A stretch of DNA of 64,000 nt from an uncultured Solirubrobacterales bacterium (GTDB lineage Bacteria; Actinomycetota; Thermoleophilia; Solirubrobacterales; Solirubrobacteraceae). Below are positions 20,401 through 26,979 of the stretch, piece after piece. Under the pieces are notes generated by a model that searched no databases, had not been told where the DNA came from, and was given only the letters and a program-made list of their open reading frames with translations. Numbering within the stretch: position 1 is the stretch's first letter; each line of letters opens with the position of its first letter. The position numbers and the translations under genes were made by a program. The stretch lies in the NCBI GenBank assembly GCA_963746645.1, contig CAVVBQ010000005.1:1864279-1928278 (forward strand), written 5' to 3'.

Positions 20401-20423
20401 ACTGACCGCATCGATCTGAGCAC
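11445..20423 (-). CDS. giant secreted RHS/YD-repeat protein with three NHL beta-propeller clusters
   Basis: Signal peptide; YD repeats (YSYDTQGRL, YTYDIDGR, YTYDGVGRL); NHL repeats GxGxGQFxxPxGIAVD..GNxxVxDxxNNRVxxF at ~17030-16200, ~16170-15350, ~14530-13690; RHS core end GRFLQPDPVPGGSTNPYGYTHGDPVGENDLSG. Confidence 0.9.
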   Translation of the reverse strand: MLRSMRSVVLVLFSCAGVIGFVAGAQADPEALLAPSAGPISGSLVIPELDVLVAGEQQKAEEAIRLSDPQSRAITEASLTAYSRMGDSSVATLTQEVLPGVVERTADTLSLPADERISRYLSRHTALVELSSGKHAVVESVAPIATGPGDEAALNLNLARTSSGFTPRDPATPVDIPTSLSDGIELSASKVSLTPLDASGSPLVSDGRLDGQAVLFPNSQIDSDVLVKPTSTGFESFTMLRSKDSPSQLSFRLSVPAGARLVSGHGGGRIEVVEDGHPLAGVPAPMARDATGMSVPVSTSLAGNVLSLSVKYRDGKYRYPIVVDPTVEDTAMLLKMGSLAGNWVYGGSSTFTSGGCSCMFIEAAGEYTPGQSGYVEYRTQHQSRIYGVVGNVTEEQYSFEPTLSTSLSLRRNNGEIEKIESFPPKTAATYYPGVKVCGEAGCAVAPVNSLHEENSVIFKVEALKSGSFGESRLESAGVQINQEKGPSVSVDTTDSVFGASPNGAYPGRWASGNTAEIGLIANDPGIGISADSFSSPQEVSWGHGFSAVPGCEGVQCDECWNYEVKCEAGHSSGKEPLPYSLKGLPDGKDTIEAKVEDATTLAASTSITVSMDSTAPHNVTLIGLPASHEIGESNYRLRATASDGSSIESSGIESIAFQMDGVAIGASSGSCSPGPCTATSKEVSINGEEFGAGQHTLSVVATDKAGNVASENITVTVHHASPVAAGPGLVEPVTGEMSLSSNDVSVAAGSTNLTLSRTYLSRHLTAGSSGPLGPQWGMSVGGEESLIKQPNGSMLLIGPSGGQTIFTSAGSGKFNPPAGDAGLVLTEKTVSGKTIYLLVNGGSTTTFAIPAGGAGGVWVPSISEGAGGTNVTTFAFKTVGGITEPEKVLGPVPSGVSCSPTLNKGCRELTFTYATSTTASSEAPSGWGDYNGRLTKVSFTGWDPASSKMTTTSIVQYSYDTQGRLRAEWDPRVSPALKTTYGYDVSGHVTAVSSPGQEPWLLAYGSNAGDTNTGRFVSASRPPAAAALGESAAPSNTATPALSTLSPVLGKSVSVTNGTWSNSPLSYAYQWERCGLLESNCSLIYGARNQSYLPTVADAGYELVARVTAFNADGATTVSSTSSSLVAGLTPTSTIQFGSVGTGGGQFKQPTSAAFNASGNLWVTDEANNRVEEFSPSGEYLKSVGSTGTENGQFKGAWGVAIEQSTGNLFITDQGLCRVEEMSPSGTFIRAFGGCGSGAGQLSAPSGVALDPEGNVWVADFSNNRLEEFSSTGTFMRTVASTGTGNGQLKNPRGIVFVSGNLYVTDMGNNRVQEFSAEGAYLTQFGASGTGNGQFSSPMGIAYEPLSGDLVVADDNNNRVQQFTATGTFVAKFGTVGTGAGQLKTPTGVAVSATGTIMAMDSGNNRVSQWWPTPSPNYGMAIGSLGSGNGQFNKPIADAVDPTGNLWVTDSSNNRIEKFSQFGAYLGAYGSLGTSLGQFDGPAGIAVNPSTGNVYVSDQKNGRVEEFSPSGKYIAEFGKGQIIHPYGVAIDPSGNIWVADLASTTSRVDEYSQSGTTFTLLREIGKKGAGNGEFAEPMFIAFSGGNAYVTDLGNNRVQEFDGTGKFIAKFGTKGVGNGQFEGPEGIATDPATGALYVADRGNNRVEEFSTTGAFLTTFGTVGVGEGQFKSPAGLAFNATGALYIDDCANNRIVKDTAGNVQTEAPSPPSTGTTAVTTIAYKVPIEGSGAPYAMGSSEVAAWGQEDDPADATAIFAPDEPQTSPASDYRRAAVYYLDSNDRLVNTAMPGGGTTTSEYNSFNDVVRTLSPDNRETALQGAKSAEVSRTLDSQSTYGSEGTELTSTLGPLHTIKLPSGTEVQARAHVQYHYDEGAPSEGGPYRLVTKMTEGAQIVEKPEEDIRTTVTSYNGQGKLGWLLHKPTSVTSDPSGLKLVHTTQYDPATGEVTETRSPAAGAAGEVAPMSYTYAAAYGSLGTGNGQLSKPGAITRDKEGHLWVADTENNRVEEFNSSGEYMNKWGTVGGSAGQFKKPEGIAIDKEGHVWVADTGNNRIEAFTSAGTFIQTYETTEFAFPLKAPTALLFGESGAAGPFYVLETGNSRVKEVTPTGSTLLEVAGFGSSGAGNGQLKSPKGMTLDKAGNVWVADTGNNRVQEFSHEGSYMGQFGSLGSGNGQLSKPEGLAMDAEGNILVADGGNNRVQTFSSRGSYVYKFGTVGTGAAQMKTPAGLALDGTNNAFVLDTGNSRLEKWTWKEVISNGGTHGTQTIYYASGANSKYPSCGEHAEWVGLSCQSQPAAQPEGGLPSLPVTTAKYNIWDQPLVTVDTVGTTTRTTTMTYDGAGRLSTKEVTSTVGTALPKVTNEYDSATGLLTKLSTMVEAKTKSLTSIINKLAQVTAYTDADENTSSYTYDIDGRTETTNDGKGTQTYKYDPTAGYLTTLVDSAAGTFTGSYDTEGHMVAEGYPNGMSANYTYSPTGQKQRVEYVKTTHCSSGCTWYSDVLAPSIHGQALAQTSSLGSENYTYDGVGRLSQTQDTPTGAGCTTRIYSYDADTNRLSLTTREPGVGGACAAEGGIAQPHTYDGADRMTDTGISYDTFGNITKLPAADAGGSELVNTYYVNDQLASQTQSGQTIGYVLDPEGRPRETIFTGKVVATATSHYGGSGVGMPNWSGEASGKWERNISGINGELVAVQHNGETPVLQLANLHGDIVATALLSETATELLSKNGTTEFGVPRTSLPPKYSWLGAHDVPTELPSGVVTMGLRSYVPQVGRFLQPDPVPGGSTNPYGYTHGDPVGENDLSGQYDITLSATIAGVISEEGAATATRVASEEAAARAAAEAEALEMLLISMGYTDFGAEWEEWEEEEGEYEYVAWHQEASLSDAVMLAPETGSQLGQNSSPPPVCESLTDPDNWLETQGSSNQGCSENVILKKLRKKVWKAVKKTIGTIYKTITAPNKHCYIGEVKAGPFCVSLPEPPEFRGPRGPGGLPIEPLPVAP

Positions 20424-20663
20424 GAAGCATCCCCCCGAGTGTTCGCTTTTACAAAGCCCACCGAATGAGTGGGCTGCGCGACGAGAGGACTGTAGCTGTT
20501 TGTTGATTGTTAGGGAATAGTAAGTACTGACTATTCATTATTGACTAGTATCAACAGATCTGTATCCAATATACAGTACTAGTTTGCACTTCACTAGTTC
20601 GGCCGTCAGAGGGCTTACCGGTCACTACGGCGCCGATCGAGGTATTACGCCGGCTGTGCGGTC

Positions 20664-20709
20664 TTGGACATGAACTAGAGACTTGTATAAATTTAGAGCA
20701 TCATCTAAA
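20664..20709 (+). promoter_or_regulatory. putative promoter and TetR operator
   Basis: TTGGAC-N16-TATAAA followed by inverted repeat TTTAGA-N6-TCTAAA (20692-20709), 10 bp before the TetR ATG. Confidence 0.5.
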
Positions 20710-20719
20710 CTTCAGCCCG

Positions 20720-21370
20720 ATGCCAGCTCGAGCCCCGGCTACAGGTCTGCGCGAGCGCCACAAGCAGCAGCGCCGTGAGCGCATTCTTGGGGCGATCCGC
20801 GAGCTGCTAAACCAGCGTCCAGACGAGACACCAACGGTTGAGCGCATCGCCGAGCTAGCAGACCTATCCCCAGCGACCGTTTTCAATCTCGTCGGACCGC
20901 GAGAGCAGCAGTGGGCGGCGCTGTGCGAGGAGCTGGTTGGCGAACTCGATGCCTGCCTTACTTTCGCTGCTGAGGAGGACCCGCGAGAGCAGGCACGCAG
21001 GATCGTCAGTGAGACGGCGGAGCTATTCATCGCCGATGCTGCCGTCTTCAGGCATCTTGTCAATAGTTGGGAGCGCAGCGGCCCGCTGCTTCAGGAGAAC
21101 CCGGTCCCGCAGTTGCGGGCCGCGTTGCGCGGTGGGCAGGCGATTGGGATGCTCAGGCCCGAGCTTCACCTCGAGGCATTGGTCGGGCACATCGCGACGG
21201 CATGTGGCGGCGCATTGCGTCTCTGGGCGGCGGGCCAGATCTCAGATGCGGCGTTTTGCACACGCGTACGCTTTGCGGTCGACGTGGTCTTCGCTGCGGG
21301 CGCGAGCGAGGACTGGGCCACGGAGCTGTCCGCGCCGCTGACGCGTAAACGGGGGCGTGGATCACGGTGA
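20720..21370 (+). CDS. TetR/AcrR-family regulator
   Basis: RRERILGAIRELL...TVERIAELADLSPATVFNLVG HTH. Confidence 0.9.
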   Translation: MPARAPATGLRERHKQQRRERILGAIRELLNQRPDETPTVERIAELADLSPATVFNLVGPREQQWAALCEELVGELDACLTFAAEEDPREQARRIVSETAELFIADAAVFRHLVNSWERSGPLLQENPVPQLRAALRGGQAIGMLRPELHLEALVGHIATACGGALRLWAAGQISDAAFCTRVRFAVDVVFAAGASEDWATELSAPLTRKRGRGSR

Positions 21371-22314
21371 CACGAGCCGCTGCATCGTTCGAGGTAGCGC
21401 CTGGTGTTCGTCTGGCCGCGGACACCTTCGGGGACCCCGATGCTCCTACCGTGCTCCTGCTGCACGGCGGCGGCCAGACTCGACACGCCTGGCACACCAC
21501 CGCCATGAACCTCGCGGACTCTGGTCGGCGGGCGATCACAGTCGATCTGCGCGGACACGGCGAGAGCACCCACCTCCGACCCCCCGCGTATGCGCTTGAG
21601 GACTTCGCCGCCGACGTGCGTGCCTTGACCGCTGCTATCGGGGAGGACTCGATCGTGATCGGAGCCTCGCTGGGCGGCATCTCAAGCCTGCTGGCACTCA
21701 CGGAGTCACCTTCTGCTCCCGCCACCGGGCTAGTTCTCGTTGACGTCGCTCACCGCTTCCAACCACGCGGCGGGGGACGGATCGTGAGCTTCATGGAGGA
21801 ACACCCGGATGGCTTTGCCAGTCTCTCTGACGCCGCCGCCGCGGTCGCCGCCTATCTTCCTCGCCGCGCACGTCCCCGCGACACGAATGGCTTGCGTCAC
21901 AACCTCCGACGCAACGACCACGGACGCTGGGTGTGGCACTGGGACCCAGAGATCCTTACCCAGGCCCGCCCGCTACTCCACAACCAAGTGCAGCTCTCCA
22001 AGCGCCTCACAACCGCCGCCACACGACTGCGCCAGCCCTGCCTACTCGTCCGCGGCGCCGACAGCGACGTGCTTAGCGCCGGCATCGCCCGCGAGTTCAG
22101 CGAGCTTGCACCGACCGCCACTCTGGTCGAGGTCCCGCACGCGGGACACATGGTTGCCGGCGATAACAACGACGCCTTTACCGAAGCGATCCGCACATGG
22201 CTCGACAAGTTTGCGTCACGCACCTCCCCGACGCTGGCCAAGCAACATCTCACGACGACTTCGGTTGCTGGCCGCAACCGTGCACGGGACGGGCAAACCC
22301 GATCTGGCGGGTGA
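21367..22314 (+). CDS. alpha/beta fold hydrolase
   Basis: LLHGGGQT, GASLGG, AGHMVAGD; GTGA overlap with TetR stop. Confidence 0.9.
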   Translation: MTRAAASFEVAPGVRLAADTFGDPDAPTVLLLHGGGQTRHAWHTTAMNLADSGRRAITVDLRGHGESTHLRPPAYALEDFAADVRALTAAIGEDSIVIGASLGGISSLLALTESPSAPATGLVLVDVAHRFQPRGGGRIVSFMEEHPDGFASLSDAAAAVAAYLPRRARPRDTNGLRHNLRRNDHGRWVWHWDPEILTQARPLLHNQVQLSKRLTTAATRLRQPCLLVRGADSDVLSAGIAREFSELAPTATLVEVPHAGHMVAGDNNDAFTEAIRTWLDKFASRTSPTLAKQHLTTTSVAGRNRARDGQTRSGG

Positions 22315-22345
22315 CGTCGCGCGCATGCGCGTACAGTCCACCATC

Positions 22346-23254
22346 GTGCGGATCGTTAGTCTCGTACCCCACGCCACCGAGCTGCTGTTCGCGCTCGAGC
22401 TAGGCCCCGAAGTCGTTGCGGTTACGCACGAGTGCGACTACCCTTCCGCGGCGCTATCCGTCGAGCGGGTAACGCGCGACGTGCTACCCGCCGGCCTAAA
22501 TGCCGCGGAGATCGACGCGGCGGTGCGTGAGCGTACTCTGCACGGTGAGGCGATCTACGAGCTTGATCGGGAGACCATCGCTTCCCTTAGCCCAAACCTG
22601 ATCGTCACACAAGCCCTCTGCCCCGTGTGTGCGGTCTCCTACACCGAGGTGGCCGAGCTCGCCGAAAGGATTCCCTCCCAACCCCAAGTGATCTCGCTCG
22701 ATCCGCATACATTGGACGAAACCTTGGGCGATATTCGCACGCTGGCGGCAGCCACCGACCGTCATCAGCGAGGAGCGGAGCTGGTTGGAGAGGCAACCGC
22801 GCGCATCGATCGCATAAGAAGCGCGGTGCGAGGCCGACGCCGCCCGCGGGTCATGGCGATCGAGTGGCTCGATCCCGTCTATGTCGCCGGTCATTGGACC
22901 CCCGAGCTGGTTGAGTTGGCTGGCGGACAAGACTTGCTGGGTTCCCCGGGGGAACCCTCTGCCACTGTCTCTTGGGAGGCGATCATCGCCGCTGAGCCCG
23001 AGATCGTGGTGGTTATGCCTTGTGGCTATGACGGCCCCCGGGCACACACAGAGGCCCTTGCTTATGCGAGCCAGCTAGCCGCCCTATCGGCCCAACGAGT
23101 CCTGGCCGTAAATGCATCTGCCTACTTCTCCCGTCCCGGCCCACGCCTGATCGACGGCTTGGAGTTGCTTGCCCACATATTGCACCCCGAATGCGTCCCC
23201 GACGCCCCCGATGTCGCACTCCCGGTAGACCTGAGCACCTCGGGCATCCAATGA
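22346..23254 (+). CDS. cobalamin-binding/BtuF-like substrate-binding protein
   Basis: RIVSLVPHATELLFAL...VAVTHECDYP...YFSRPGPRLIDGLELLA; the ORF-track start at 21809 overlaps the hydrolase and is not used. Confidence 0.8.
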   Translation: MRIVSLVPHATELLFALELGPEVVAVTHECDYPSAALSVERVTRDVLPAGLNAAEIDAAVRERTLHGEAIYELDRETIASLSPNLIVTQALCPVCAVSYTEVAELAERIPSQPQVISLDPHTLDETLGDIRTLAAATDRHQRGAELVGEATARIDRIRSAVRGRRRPRVMAIEWLDPVYVAGHWTPELVELAGGQDLLGSPGEPSATVSWEAIIAAEPEIVVVMPCGYDGPRAHTEALAYASQLAALSAQRVLAVNASAYFSRPGPRLIDGLELLAHILHPECVPDAPDVALPVDLSTSGIQ

Positions 23255-24756
23255 TCTTCAGGCGCAGACCCGGGCCCATGCTGGAATGGATAGCGATGCT
23301 CCCATCGATGCGCCTAGACTCACGCCTCCGTACCCCTGCACTCAATCTCACCCGGCTGGTCACGCCCATCGCGCTTACCGGTCTACTGCTAGCCGCGTGC
23401 GCCTCTGGGTCTGGGTCGGGTGCCGGCGGGCATGAGCACAGCGGGGCGACGGCCAGCACAGCTGGTCCCCGTCCCCTTGCTTCGCGCCCCTATGCCCGGC
23501 CGTCAAACTTCGCGCCGACGACACTCAGAGTCCCTCCGGGTAACAGTGGCAAGCCTTTCGACGTACCTCACAGCCTTACCGTTCCACCCGGCTGGAGTGT
23601 AGAAGTGTGGGCGCGCATTCCCGATGCACGCTTTGCCGTATGGACCCCCCAGCACGATCTGCTCGTCAGTGCCTCAACGTCCGGCCAGGTGGTGGAGTTG
23701 ACTCCCGGGCAGAAGATGACAGCGGCAAGTCAGAAAGTGCTGGCGTCAGGACTCTCAGGACCGCAGGGCATGGCTTTTGACACCTTCAAAGGCACCCGGT
23801 TTCTCTATATCGCCGAGACAAACCAGATCGATCGCTACGTGTGGAAGGGCAATGGAAGGCTCGGTCCACGCACGGTCGTAGTTAGCGGATTGCCCGACAC
23901 CGACCCCTCGGGGGACGATGTGCATCGTGCCAAGAGTGTCGCCATCGGACCCGATCACACGATCTATGTGACAGCTGGTAGTGCTTCCAACGCAACCCCC
24001 ACCGACAGAGGCGAATCTCCTCCACGCGGCACAATCCTGGCCTACAGCCGTAATGGCACCCACATGCACGTGTTTGCCCGCGGGGTGCGCAACGGTGAGG
24101 GTCTGTCATTCGCGCCCGACGACGCGCTATGGACAGCCGTCAACGAGCGCGATGAAGTCGCCTACCCCTTTCACCGCTCCTATGGAGAACAGGGCGAAGC
24201 CTACGGCGAGGTGATCAAGTCCTACGTGAACGAACACCCCGCCGACGAGCTCGCACGGCTGACGCCGGGGCGCAACCTCGGCTGGCCATTCTGTGACCCC
24301 GACCCCGACGTGACCCCAGGCGACCCCTCCGCCGCGCTGCAATACGCCAATCTTCACCTCGACGCTGACGTACAAACAAACCCTGGCGGGAGTGTGCTCA
24401 ATTGCGCCGCCCTCGCGCCAATCGAGCGGGGGCTGCCAGCGCACAGCGCTCCTTTGGGCTTTCATTTTCTAGAGGGGACTAAGCTCGTCCGCCCGTGGTC
24501 ATCTGGCGCGGTGGTGGCTGTACATGGGTCTTGGGACCGCACACCGCCTCGGGCGCCAGCGGTGCTTTGGCTTCCGTGGCAGAGCAAAGCACGCACCCTG
24601 GGAGGAGCCATCCCACTCATCAGCGGCTTCCAGGAAGCTTCTGGTGCCCGCTGGGGACGTCCGGCCGACGCCGTGGCGGGTCCAGACGGAGCCCTGTATG
24701 TGACCGATGACACCGCGGGCGCCGTCTACCGCATCAGGCCCAAGCACATCCGGTAA
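23251..24756 (+). CDS. glucose/sorbosone (PQQ-dependent sugar) dehydrogenase-family lipoprotein
   Basis: Lipobox LLAAC; FARGVRNGEGLSF, GRNLGWPFC, AHSAPLGFHF, HGSWDR, GRPADAVAGPDGALYVTDD; ATGA overlap. Confidence 0.85.
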   Translation: MIFRRRPGPMLEWIAMLPSMRLDSRLRTPALNLTRLVTPIALTGLLLAACASGSGSGAGGHEHSGATASTAGPRPLASRPYARPSNFAPTTLRVPPGNSGKPFDVPHSLTVPPGWSVEVWARIPDARFAVWTPQHDLLVSASTSGQVVELTPGQKMTAASQKVLASGLSGPQGMAFDTFKGTRFLYIAETNQIDRYVWKGNGRLGPRTVVVSGLPDTDPSGDDVHRAKSVAIGPDHTIYVTAGSASNATPTDRGESPPRGTILAYSRNGTHMHVFARGVRNGEGLSFAPDDALWTAVNERDEVAYPFHRSYGEQGEAYGEVIKSYVNEHPADELARLTPGRNLGWPFCDPDPDVTPGDPSAALQYANLHLDADVQTNPGGSVLNCAALAPIERGLPAHSAPLGFHFLEGTKLVRPWSSGAVVAVHGSWDRTPPRAPAVLWLPWQSKARTLGGAIPLISGFQEASGARWGRPADAVAGPDGALYVTDDTAGAVYRIRPKHIR

Positions 24757-24788
24757 GTGGCGCTCTGCCATCACGGGGACGAATCCCG

Positions 24789-24837
24789 TTGACATCATCC
24801 TAGGTTCATGTTACTGTCGGTCTCATGAATTACTAGG
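24789..24837 (+). promoter_or_regulatory. sigma70-type promoter with overlapping palindromic operator for module 1
   Basis: TTGACA (24789-24794)-N17-TACTGT (24812-24817); TTCATG-N13-CATGAA flanked by CCTAG/CTAGG. Confidence 0.65.
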
Positions 24838-24900
24838 GTCGTCGCACACCACTACAAAATAGGTGGTGCCGGCGCAGGTCGGGTGCTTGGGGGAGACGAG

Positions 24901-25668
24901 ATGGGAAGGCGCAGGACTAGAATTTTCCTGATTGCGCTGCTTGCTTGTGCCTGCGTGCTCCTAGCAGGCGCCGCTTGGGCAGCCGACACGCTGGTAGTAC
25001 ACGAGAGCTTCACCCCCAACAAGCTGGGGGTCCCCACCAATCTCTCGATAACCGCGAAATTCAGCTCCACTACCGGCGCCCCACCTTCGCCGATAATCAA
25101 GCTCACGCTCTATGCCCCCGCCGGCTTGAGAATCGACGCACGCGGCGCCGGCGCTTGCAGCGAACGCGTGCTTCAGCAACGTGGGCCTAGTGGTTGTCCC
25201 GCAAACTCGCGCGCGGGCTTCGGTGGCGGGGTGGGGCTCGTCGAACTGCCCAAATCTGTCATCCATGAGCCCTTCACAATCGACTTCTTCTTTGCTCCCT
25301 CCCAACATGGACATATCACTTTGCTCGCCTACGCCAGCGCCATCGCCCCAGTTTCGGTGGAACTTGTCGTGGTCGCTAGGGAAGTCCCTGCGCCCAAGCC
25401 CTACGGGCTCGGCTTCAGCGTCGAAATACCTACCGTCTCCACCATACCCGGGGCGTCCTTGGCCTCGGTCGAAAGCGCCTTTGCCACATTTGGGGCGACC
25501 AATGTCGCCTACTACGAGACAGTCCACGGCAAGCGCACGCTCGTGCATCTACGCGGCATGATCTCGCCCAAGCACTGCCCCCCAGGCGGCTTTCCAAGCG
25601 AGGGCAAGATCGACTTTGCCGACGGTACCACCTTGACCGTCAATCCCACAATCCCGTGCCCCAAGTAG
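24901..25668 (+). CDS. secreted 4-Cys beta-domain protein A (uncharacterised)
   Basis: Signal peptide; C-x12-CPxxS motif and terminal CP.GGF...CP; paralog of 25671-26411 and 59621-60457. Confidence 0.8.
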   Translation: MGRRRTRIFLIALLACACVLLAGAAWAADTLVVHESFTPNKLGVPTNLSITAKFSSTTGAPPSPIIKLTLYAPAGLRIDARGAGACSERVLQQRGPSGCPANSRAGFGGGVGLVELPKSVIHEPFTIDFFFAPSQHGHITLLAYASAIAPVSVELVVVAREVPAPKPYGLGFSVEIPTVSTIPGASLASVESAFATFGATNVAYYETVHGKRTLVHLRGMISPKHCPPGGFPSEGKIDFADGTTLTVNPTIPCPK

Positions 25669-25670
25669 GC

Positions 25671-26411
25671 ATGGCAAAAAAAATCTCATCTGCGCTTTGC
25701 CTAGCCTTCCTCGCGATCCTAGCCCTAGCTCCGGCAAGCGCACAAGCCGTCTCCGTCACAATCGCACCGTCTCTTTCACCAAACCGACTTGGCGCGGAGG
25801 GTGCACTCACACTCACGATCCATTTCACCGAAGGCGGATCTGAAGACGTACCATCACCCGTGCGCCGCTCAGTCCTGCGTTTCCCCGCCGGGCTCGGTAT
25901 CGAAATTCCCCATCTGCGCAGCTGCTCCATCACACGCTTGCGTGCCCGCGGTCCAAGCGGTTGCTCGGCACAGTCCGAGCTCGGCCATGGACACGCCATT
26001 GCGGAGGCTTTGGCGGGATCGCAGCTCATCACCGAGAACATCTCCCTATGGCTCTTTCTTGGCCCTTTTCACAATCTTGAGCCGAGCTTTGAGATTCTCG
26101 GCCAAGGCTTTACCCCGTTTGACGAGAACGTCGTACTCACCGGTACCGTCGTACCCGATCAGGCGCCCTACGGGGAAGACTTGGTGCTCTCCATACCTCC
26201 GATCCTCACCGTCCCTTTGGAGCCCGACGCCTCGATAGTGACGATGACCCTCACAGTCGGCGCAAGCAAACCGCCCCACCCCGCCCAAGCCAACATGGTC
26301 GTCGTACCTTCAACCTGTCCTGCCAACGGTTTCCCGTTCGCAGCCGAATTCACCTATGCCGACGGCTCGTCCGGCAGCGCCCTCGCCGATGCGAGATGTC
26401 CCAAACGATGA
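25671..26411 (+). CDS. secreted 4-Cys beta-domain protein B (uncharacterised)
   Basis: Signal peptide ending AQA; SPNRLG, PSP, C-x12-C, CPANGFPF...C motifs shared with A. Confidence 0.8.
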   Translation: MAKKISSALCLAFLAILALAPASAQAVSVTIAPSLSPNRLGAEGALTLTIHFTEGGSEDVPSPVRRSVLRFPAGLGIEIPHLRSCSITRLRARGPSGCSAQSELGHGHAIAEALAGSQLITENISLWLFLGPFHNLEPSFEILGQGFTPFDENVVLTGTVVPDQAPYGEDLVLSIPPILTVPLEPDASIVTMTLTVGASKPPHPAQANMVVVPSTCPANGFPFAAEFTYADGSSGSALADARCPKR

Positions 26412-26442
26412 AAAGTAACCACAGAGAAAGCGAGCGTCAGAG

Positions 26443-26958
26443 ATGAGCAGTCAGAAAAACCAATCTAAATATCTCCAAGGCGCCCTCGTCGCTCCCCTCG
26501 CCTGCCTGACGCTCCTATCACCCTTTGCGCCCCTCGCACCCGAAGTGACTCACGCATCCGAGCACTCCACACGCAGCTTGGCACGCCAAGCGCGTACGGT
26601 CACTTTGAATGAGAGCGGCAATCTGCACCTCACCAGCAGGCACGGGTTCACCTTGAATGAGCAGGGCCCGGCAAAAGGCACGGTCTCAGGCACGATCTAT
26701 GTTCACTTGAAGATCGTCTCCTCAAGCCACGTCACGGCCGAAGTGAATATTTATCCCAAAGGTGGCTCGATCTCTGGCTACGGTACGGCCAGCTACCGCA
26801 GGGAAGGAGCCAAGGGCAATTTCTCAGGCTCACTCTCGATCAATCGCGGGAGCGGAAGCTTTAACCATGCCCAAGGCTCGGGGCTGAGCTTCAGCGGCAC
26901 GATCCAACGATCCAACTACGCCGTGACTGTGCGCGTGAGCGGCACAGTCACGGACTGA
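26443..26958 (+). CDS. small secreted all-beta protein C (uncharacterised)
   Basis: Signal-like N-terminus; alternating beta pattern; paralog of 60472-60981 (LSFSGTIQRSNxAVTVRVSG). Confidence 0.8.
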   Translation: MSSQKNQSKYLQGALVAPLACLTLLSPFAPLAPEVTHASEHSTRSLARQARTVTLNESGNLHLTSRHGFTLNEQGPAKGTVSGTIYVHLKIVSSSHVTAEVNIYPKGGSISGYGTASYRREGAKGNFSGSLSINRGSGSFNHAQGSGLSFSGTIQRSNYAVTVRVSGTVTD

Positions 26959-26979
26959 CTCTGCCCGAGGAGGCCAGCG

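Noticed and set aside
20560-20576. CTGT...ACAG as an SOS (LexA) box
   Set aside because: Spacer is 9 nt rather than 8, and actinobacterial LexA uses a different consensus
21809-22345. Long N-terminal extensions in the ORF track (also 29589-30203, 30725-30892, 54410-54700, 60982-61194)
   Set aside because: They overlap well-supported genes and precede the recognisable family N-termini; GC-rich open-frame artefacts
22250-22350. Cobalamin riboswitch upstream of the BtuF-like gene
   Set aside because: Only ~30 bp of intergenic space and no B12-box pattern seen
24901-26958. Module as a sortase-dependent pilus or chaperone-usher locus
   Set aside because: No LPxTG tails, YPKN pilin motif, sortase or usher gene in the window
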